Assembly (NCBI GenBank): GCA_016840465.1
Contig: JAEOSH010000016.1
Coordinates: 8,926-40,925, forward strand
Length of the DNA stretch: 32,000 nucleotides
Source of the DNA: Candidatus Baldrarchaeum yapensis
GTDB lineage: Archaea > Asgardarchaeota > Baldrarchaeia > Baldrarchaeales > Baldrarchaeaceae
Direction of reading: 5' to 3'
The notes below the pieces were generated by a model. It saw only the letters and a program-made list of their open reading frames with translations, ran no database searches and was not told the origin of the DNA. A program made the position numbers and the translations under genes. Position 1 is the stretch's first letter, and every line of letters starts with the position of its first letter. Shown here piece by piece: positions 26,511-32,000 of this stretch.

Positions 26511-26516
26511 TTATAT
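26511..26516 (+). promoter_or_regulatory. TATA box for the C/D sRNA and probably the downstream genes
   Basis: TTATAT lies 24-29 nt upstream of the predicted RNA 5' end at 26540. Confidence 0.45.
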
Positions 26517-26539
26517 TTGGGTTGAGATAAAAGTTGTAT

Positions 26540-26610
26540 AGGGAAGGGGATGACGACATGAGAGTCAGCAGAGGAGAACCGTGAAGATAACGCCGGACTG
26601 ACCCTTCCCT
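26540..26610 (+). ncRNA. Box C/D methylation guide sRNA
   Basis: Perfect 9-bp terminal stem AGGGAAGGG/CCCTTCCCT; box C ATGACGA 26550-26556; 12-nt guide; D' CAGA 26569-26572; C' GTGAAGA 26581-26587; 10-nt guide; box D CTGA 26598-26601. Confidence 0.85.
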
Positions 26611-26629
26611 CTGTATTAAGGGTGGTGAC

Positions 26630-27505
26630 ATGAACTTGGAGACGCTGGTTGTGGGTGCTGTCTTATTTAAAACACGTGGTTCCCGAACTTTTGAAGACTT
26701 TGAGGCTAAAGTTATGGAGTTCGTTGATAAGGCGGCAGAACATCAGGTTAAGCTAATGGTATTTCCGGAATTGCTAACTTTTGATATCGTTGCGGGCGCG
26801 AAAATCTCTCGAACGAGGGAAATGCTTGAACATATCGAGAAATGCAGGGAGAAATACGTCAAGATGTTTTCTGATGCGTCTTCTAGGCACAGCATGATAA
26901 TACTCGGGGGCTCTACCGTTGAAAAAAGAGGAGACGCGTTCTTTAACAGCGCGCATTTGTTCTTGCCAGATGGTAGATTTTTCACCTATCACAAAATACA
27001 TCTCCACTATTTGGATAAGGTTTTAGGAATTCGCCCCGGATTTGCTCCACTTTCCGTGAAGACAGATATAGGGCACATAGGCATTGTGATATGCTATGAT
27101 GTCGGATTTCCCGAACTCTTGAGGTTATTGGCACTAGAAGGCGCATACATATTTCTTGTTCCGAGCGCAGCACCGGGCAGAAGTGCATACTTATGGTTAC
27201 GGTACTGTTGCCATGCACGCGCGATAGAGAACCAGGCAATTGTAGTGCATTCATGCTTAACGGGAGAAGTTGGTGGGGTTTCTTTCAACGGGAAGGCAGC
27301 AATATTCACTTCGACAGATTTTCATTCAGATGGTGTGATTATCGAAAGCGATTGGGATAAAAACGATTTAATAGTTGCCGAAATCAACATGGAGAGATTC
27401 ATGAAGGTGAGGAGGAAGACTCTAGCTCCTACGTTAAAGGATTTACGCCCAGATGTCTATGTGAAATTGTGTGAGATGGGCTGGCGTATGAAGGAGGACG
27501 AATGA
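26630..27505 (+). CDS. Carbon-nitrogen hydrolase (nitrilase superfamily)
   Basis: Glu-Lys-Cys triad motifs FPEL, YHKIHL and ICYDVGFPE; HARAIENQ; GGTGGTGA SD. Confidence 0.92.
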   Translation: MNLETLVVGAVLFKTRGSRTFEDFEAKVMEFVDKAAEHQVKLMVFPELLTFDIVAGAKISRTREMLEHIEKCREKYVKMFSDASSRHSMIILGGSTVEKRGDAFFNSAHLFLPDGRFFTYHKIHLHYLDKVLGIRPGFAPLSVKTDIGHIGIVICYDVGFPELLRLLALEGAYIFLVPSAAPGRSAYLWLRYCCHARAIENQAIVVHSCLTGEVGGVSFNGKAAIFTSTDFHSDGVIIESDWDKNDLIVAEINMERFMKVRRKTLAPTLKDLRPDVYVKLCEMGWRMKEDE

Positions 27506-27509
27506 GGTC

Positions 27510-27857
27510 ATGATCTTTCGCAAGGAGTTCGTAAAACCGATTCTTGAAGGGAAAAAGACTCAAAGTCGAAGAAAGTGGAAGAAGCCTCTCGTGAAGGAGG
27601 GGCGCATATATAAGGCACGTACTTCATACACTAGCGATTATTTTGCAGAAATTTTGGTAAACAGAGTTTTTAAGCAAAAGCTTGGAGAGATGACCGAGGA
27701 GGATGCTAAAAAGGAGGGTTGCGAGTCTCTGGAGGAATTCAAAAGGGTTTGGGAGAGAGTAACCGGTGAAAAGTGGAACCCAGATGAGGAGGTATGGGTT
27801 GTCGAGTTTTCTGTTGTGAATAGGAAGAATGACGATCGATCGCGAGAAAGAGAGTAG
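27510..27857 (+). CDS. ASCH-domain protein
   Basis: ILEGKKTQSRR, DAKKEG and VWVVEF are ASCH hallmarks; 4-nt gap after the nitrilase. Confidence 0.9.
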   Translation: MIFRKEFVKPILEGKKTQSRRKWKKPLVKEGRIYKARTSYTSDYFAEILVNRVFKQKLGEMTEEDAKKEGCESLEEFKRVWERVTGEKWNPDEEVWVVEFSVVNRKNDDRSRERE

Positions 27858-28129
27858 TATTGGAGAATTTCATTCACGTGATACGTTAACTAATTGCGGA
27901 TAGGAGCGCATCATGACCCCTATTTGAAAACTCATTTTTGCGATTTTGAACATTTTATCTAGTAACATTGATGGCATTTTCCCGTCTTGTAGCAGAGTTG
28001 TAATACTGCGAGCGTTTTTACGCCCGTGTTAATACTTATCCTTAATAGTGGTTCGAAACAGAACACTTTTTTGGATTAATTGTCGTTTTGACATTTTTTG
28101 CAGTCATGTTACAACAGGGAGGTTTTGAT

Positions 28130-28666
28130 ATGAGCCAAGAGGTCATGAAGATCCACAGGATGATGATGAGACTGACTGCGGAACTCCGTGACATTTACGA
28201 GGACTTTTTGGGGAAACTTTATTCCGTGTTTGACGAGATGCCCTTGGAAGGCAACGGTGCTGAAATTTCAGAAAGAATAGTTTCACTTGCGGACGACTTC
28301 TATCGCAAACTTGTGTGGAGGGTCATCAGGTTCATAAGGCTATCCGTGCTTCCCGAAGCCGCGGAAGGGAGAGATTCTACGAGCGGGGGTAACTTTTTAG
28401 ATGTTATAAAGAAATTTCAGGAGGCCGTGAAGTCGCGTTTACTCGCCGATATGAAGTATAGGGTGTTATCGGTTCTCGAAAACGCCAAAAGTATGACTTA
28501 TAAGGATCTCGCGAAGGTCCTAGGGATTAGCGAGAGTTCTCTTCGAAAATACATCAGGGAGCTTGAGGCTCTTAACTTTGTAAAAGTGGACAAATCCGTG
28601 AGACCATTCAGGGTAGTCTTTCTGGGGGCTCCATGGGTTTACTCGGCCTCTGAACTTTCGGTGTGA
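28130..28666 (+). CDS. Protein with helical N-terminus and C-terminal winged HTH (putative regulator)
   Basis: MTYKDLAKVLGISESSLRKYIRELEALNFV; ATG 28130 follows GGGAGG. Confidence 0.78.
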   Translation: MSQEVMKIHRMMMRLTAELRDIYEDFLGKLYSVFDEMPLEGNGAEISERIVSLADDFYRKLVWRVIRFIRLSVLPEAAEGRDSTSGGNFLDVIKKFQEAVKSRLLADMKYRVLSVLENAKSMTYKDLAKVLGISESSLRKYIRELEALNFVKVDKSVRPFRVVFLGAPWVYSASELSV

Positions 28667-29331
28667 ATTTCTCCTGTGTGCAGATTTATCGTTATTCTCT
28701 GCACGCCTGCCAGAGAGGGTATACTTACGACGAGAAAGTCTCCCTCCCTCGTTATGTACGCCCACGGGACCCAGGACCCACTTTCGTCATCCCACATATA
28801 CGTCTTTGCAAACGGATTTTTCTCCAGAAATCTCATGAGTTCGCTTTCTGATGAAAAAAGCAACTCTGTTCCTTCCATCGTTATCAGCTTGAATGGGCGT
28901 ATTACAGTTTTTTCCGCAGTGTATTTCTTTCCACTGGGCGGGTATCGCAGATCTCTGAAGATCAATTTTTCATTCTTCCTAGGGTACTCAATTGTGCAGT
29001 CGACAGAAACCACACCAAAGTCGAGCGCCGATATCAACTCGTACCTGCGACGCACCACTGCCAGCAACCTTGCCGAGGTTATATCTCTGTATTCCGATAT
29101 GGCGACACAAAAGTTGCTACTGCCGCGCTCCTCCTCAATGTTCCACCTGAGAAGCAACCTGCCACTTTCGTCTTTTAGCACCTCACTGAGAAAGTTCTTG
29201 ATGTTTGGAAGGAAAGAAAGTCCCTTCCCCCGTATTCTGACCTTCACCTCGGCCCTTACGATCCGACCCTCGTTGTTTTCACATCTACGGATAGTTTCCC
29301 ATGCCTCGTTGTCGCTGATTTCTATTTTCAT
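28639..29331 (-). CDS. Hypothetical protein
   Basis: AAAGGAGG SD before ATG 29331; charged, globular composition; no family recognised. Confidence 0.6.
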   Translation of the reverse strand: MKIEISDNEAWETIRRCENNEGRIVRAEVKVRIRGKGLSFLPNIKNFLSEVLKDESGRLLLRWNIEEERGSSNFCVAISEYRDITSARLLAVVRRRYELISALDFGVVSVDCTIEYPRKNEKLIFRDLRYPPSGKKYTAEKTVIRPFKLITMEGTELLFSSESELMRFLEKNPFAKTYMWDDESGSWVPWAYITREGDFLVVSIPSLAGVQRITINLHTGEIHTESSEAE

Positions 29332-29543
29332 TCGGGATCCTCCTTTCATGCGCTTCTGGTGCGGATATTTACTAGAGAATTCTTCGTCCACACGCAAAAA
29401 AACATTATGTCAGCGGTGGTACTCTTCGAAATGCATACATTTTATAAAATTCTCCGATTGAAATTATAAATGGATGGCCTCTTCTTGGAGTGAGGCTTTA
29501 GTCGCTATTGAACAATAAGAAAAAGCGCGGGTGTTTCTGACAG

Positions 29544-30026
29544 ATGCCCGAGAGCAGATGGGAAACCGTGAGGAAAATACTCTCTCATCTGCGGGAGAGA
29601 AAAGTCGTTGTCTTTGTTGATGGGCCAAACATTTTAAGAAAGGAATTCAATGTGAGGCTTGAGGACATAAGGGAAATAGCGGAGCAGTTTGGAAGGGTAA
29701 CCGTAGCGAAAGTCTTCCTAGACAAATTTGCGCCGAAGAAGCTCATAGAAGCCGTGTCTAATAGTGGCTTTACGCCTGTGATCTCCCCTGTGGACATCCA
29801 TGTTTATATGGCAATAGAACTCGCAACGATTCTTAACACGATGAGCGTTGACGTGTTCACGGTGGTGTCACGGCACGCACGTTGCGCGCCCCTTGTGAAA
29901 ATAGCGCGTGAAAGAGGGTTAGAAACGGTAGTTATAGGATTTGAACCGGGATTCAGCGCCGCACTCAAGAACTCGCCAGATTACGTCTTTAAGTTGAAAA
30001 TTTCGGAAAGCGCTTTTAGAACCTGA
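29544..30026 (+). CDS. NYN-domain protein (archaeal TIGR00288/LabA-like) with degenerate acidic motifs
   Basis: VFVDGPNILRKEF, KLIEAV..GF, GLETVVIGFEPGFSAALKNSPD. Confidence 0.85.
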   Translation: MPESRWETVRKILSHLRERKVVVFVDGPNILRKEFNVRLEDIREIAEQFGRVTVAKVFLDKFAPKKLIEAVSNSGFTPVISPVDIHVYMAIELATILNTMSVDVFTVVSRHARCAPLVKIARERGLETVVIGFEPGFSAALKNSPDYVFKLKISESAFRT

Positions 30027-30975
30027 CACCCTCCAGAAAAAGTACGAACAGCGATGCGGCGGTAAGATCAGCAGTAGTGCCTGGGTTTAGCTTTCCCCTC
30101 GCCGAGTGAAGTTTTTCATCGAATTCCCACAGAAGCTTTATTCCCTCATCTGTCAATATGCCTCCCCTTTTTAGGATCTCTTTTGCCGTTTCAGATACCC
30201 ATTTCGCTTTTCCGTATCCGCTTTTCCTGATGATCAGCGTATCTGGCTCACTAGATAGGATTTTGAGAAATGTCATGACAACGGCTTTATTGATATCTCC
30301 AATCTCTCTGAGAAAACACTTGAGCGAGGGATAGCCTATTGTAAACGTTATAGAGAAGCCTGTCGCCCATTCTTTGCATATGGAGTCCCTATAGGAGTAT
30401 TTTTTAAATATTGAGTATAAAGTTATACGCTTTTCTAGTATCTTCCTCAATGATGTATCTTCCATGACATCGAGGTCTTCTACCCTACCTAAACCCCCGG
30501 GAGATGCCAATCTTATTGCCTTATACACATGAACGGCATCTTCGGGCGTGGTGTTTTGAACCACGGTTCTCACAGTTCTCCTCAAATTTTGTGCGGTAAT
30601 CTTTTGATACTTCGCAAGAACAAATCCTGCCGATGCAGCGAGAGGCGCAAGAAGTAGTAATGTTCCGAGATTTACATTACCCCCTTTCTGCCAACTTAGC
30701 GTATCCCGTATTGCCTCTAGAATACACTCTCCAATTGCTAGACGAGAAAAAGAAAGTTCCCCAGTGGCAACCCTGAATCCTCTGATGGCAAGTCTCCTCA
30801 GAGGAGCACCACTGACCACAGCTCCAACTAAAAAATGTTCAAAGCGTGTTTTTTCGTAGTTTCTAAGTCTGTGGACATTTCCCGGCTTGGGAAAACTTGA
30901 TACTTCGATGAGAGATGCGAGAATCGCGCAACGTTCAATATAATCTCCAATAGCATTGGGATCCTCGCATTTCAC
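30016..30975 (-). CDS. citG: Triphosphoribosyl-dephospho-CoA synthase family (archaeal CitG-like)
   Basis: PKPGNVHR, NVNLG, DTLIIRKSG and NPGTTADL motifs. Confidence 0.88.
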   Translation of the reverse strand: MKCEDPNAIGDYIERCAILASLIEVSSFPKPGNVHRLRNYEKTRFEHFLVGAVVSGAPLRRLAIRGFRVATGELSFSRLAIGECILEAIRDTLSWQKGGNVNLGTLLLLAPLAASAGFVLAKYQKITAQNLRRTVRTVVQNTTPEDAVHVYKAIRLASPGGLGRVEDLDVMEDTSLRKILEKRITLYSIFKKYSYRDSICKEWATGFSITFTIGYPSLKCFLREIGDINKAVVMTFLKILSSEPDTLIIRKSGYGKAKWVSETAKEILKRGGILTDEGIKLLWEFDEKLHSARGKLNPGTTADLTAASLFVLFLEGVRF

Positions 30976-30976
30976 G

Positions 30977-31693
30977 TTATATGAACCTCTTAACTATTTC
31001 CTTCGTCTCCTCCGGGCTGAGTATTCTGAACTTCTTCGTCGATGTCAGCACTTCCGCAAGTTCGACATTTTCCGGCTTAAGTTCGGCTTTTATTGCACTC
31101 TTAAGTGCCTCAAGAGCAAGTTTATAAGCGTCATCGATGCTCATATCCTCCTTATATCCTTTCTCGAGAACCTCTTTTGCCGCCTCCTCTCCTCCTCCTA
31201 TCGCTGTTGCATGCCATTCCCAATATGCACCTGATGGATGCGTGCTGAAGAGGTGTGGCCCCTTTGCATCGATGCCAGCTACTAGCAACGATACTCCGAA
31301 TGGTCTAACACCAGCATACTGGGTATAATTTTGCTTCAGGTCGCACACTATTCTTGTCAGTTCCTCTATCATTATCGGCTCATCGTAGTAGAGTTTATTC
31401 ACCTGAGCCTGGACTCGCGCGTAATCGACAAGCCTCCGAGCATCGGCGTGTAGGCCGGCGATTGCAACTCCGATGTGTTCATCAATCACATAAATTTTCC
31501 TTAAGGAAGATGGTTCCATAAGGGGAGATGTTATTCTTTTTTCGACTGCAAGTATTACGCCATCGACGACCTTGACTCCTATCGCCGCGGTTCCACGTCT
31601 GACTGCTTCTACGGCGTATTCTACCTGAAATAGCCGTCCATCTGGCGAGAAGACAGTAATTGCACGGTCATAACCCATTTCTGGCCTGAACAC
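30977..31693 (-). CDS. psmA: 20S proteasome alpha subunit
   Basis: GYDRAITVFSPDGRLFQVEYA, GLHADAR, RPFGVSLL and PSG motifs; GTG 31693 follows GGTGAGG. Confidence 0.97.
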   Translation of the reverse strand: MFRPEMGYDRAITVFSPDGRLFQVEYAVEAVRRGTAAIGVKVVDGVILAVEKRITSPLMEPSSLRKIYVIDEHIGVAIAGLHADARRLVDYARVQAQVNKLYYDEPIMIEELTRIVCDLKQNYTQYAGVRPFGVSLLVAGIDAKGPHLFSTHPSGAYWEWHATAIGGGEEAAKEVLEKGYKEDMSIDDAYKLALEALKSAIKAELKPENVELAEVLTSTKKFRILSPEETKEIVKRFI

Positions 31694-32000
31694 GCGCCTC
31701 ACCGCACGATCTTTTGGTCGTTAGCACTAGTTCTTTTTTCACATGATTATCAATAAAACTTTTCTCAACCAGCATTGAGGGATCTTTACTTGGATCAGTA
31801 TTGGAACGTTGCTTTTACGTTTGACAACAATATTGAATGCATTAATCTGCACATCTCCATAAGTTCGTTTGAGCGAGATGTTTCGACACAATATCATTAG
31901 GGAGGGTCTGAAACAGTTTTCGGTTTAAGTAATTTTCAGGCATTTTCGTAAAAGTTTAAATGGTATCGCTCCATTATTCGGTCAGGTCGAGGCCGATGAA

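Noticed and set aside
28676-29461. 261-aa plus-strand ORF
   Set aside because: Antisense shadow of 28639-29331; Ser/Leu/Phe-rich, while the minus-strand gene has a strong SD and normal composition.
31956-32000. TTTAAA followed by a GC-richer stretch ending GATGAA at the window edge (possible start of another small RNA or gene)
   Set aside because: Truncated by the window; no D box, stem partner or ORF can be evaluated.
1-32000. tRNA, rRNA, CRISPR arrays, IS elements, integrases
   Set aside because: By-eye reading of all intergenic gaps showed no cloverleaf or T-loop motif, spaced repeats, terminal inverted repeats or transposase/recombinase motifs; a tRNAscan/Infernal run would be the formal check.

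Overview
A gene-dense archaeal chromosomal window: Shine-Dalgarno GGAGG/GGTGA motifs, frequent GTG/TTG starts, TATA-like boxes, a proteasome alpha subunit and NurA/HerA. An Asgard archaeon is inferred from a variant RING finger with a membrane tail, a roadblock/longin-like + winged-helix protein, a tandem Lrp-like regulator and a CLN6-like membrane protein. I found no tRNA, rRNA, CRISPR array or transposase. The main candidate for an undescribed system is a tight 4-gene operon at 10028-16871. It encodes a Cys-cluster protein, a 1238-aa TrmB-like protein, an ArsB/NhaD-type permease with altered signature motifs, and a tandem USP. In the TrmB-like protein the HTH and effector domains are separated by about 1000 aa of 11-residue repeats, with a G-A-S-D-P turn at the midpoint. 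Features the ORF track does not show include a box C/D guide RNA (26540-26610), a frameshifted CLN6-like gene abutting a Qng1/DUF2419-like gene with an Fe-S-loop-like Cys tail, a triple-frameshifted ilvD, and catalytic-motif substitutions in the NYN and MBL proteins. Family assignments come from motif recognition and recalled sequences; no database search was run.
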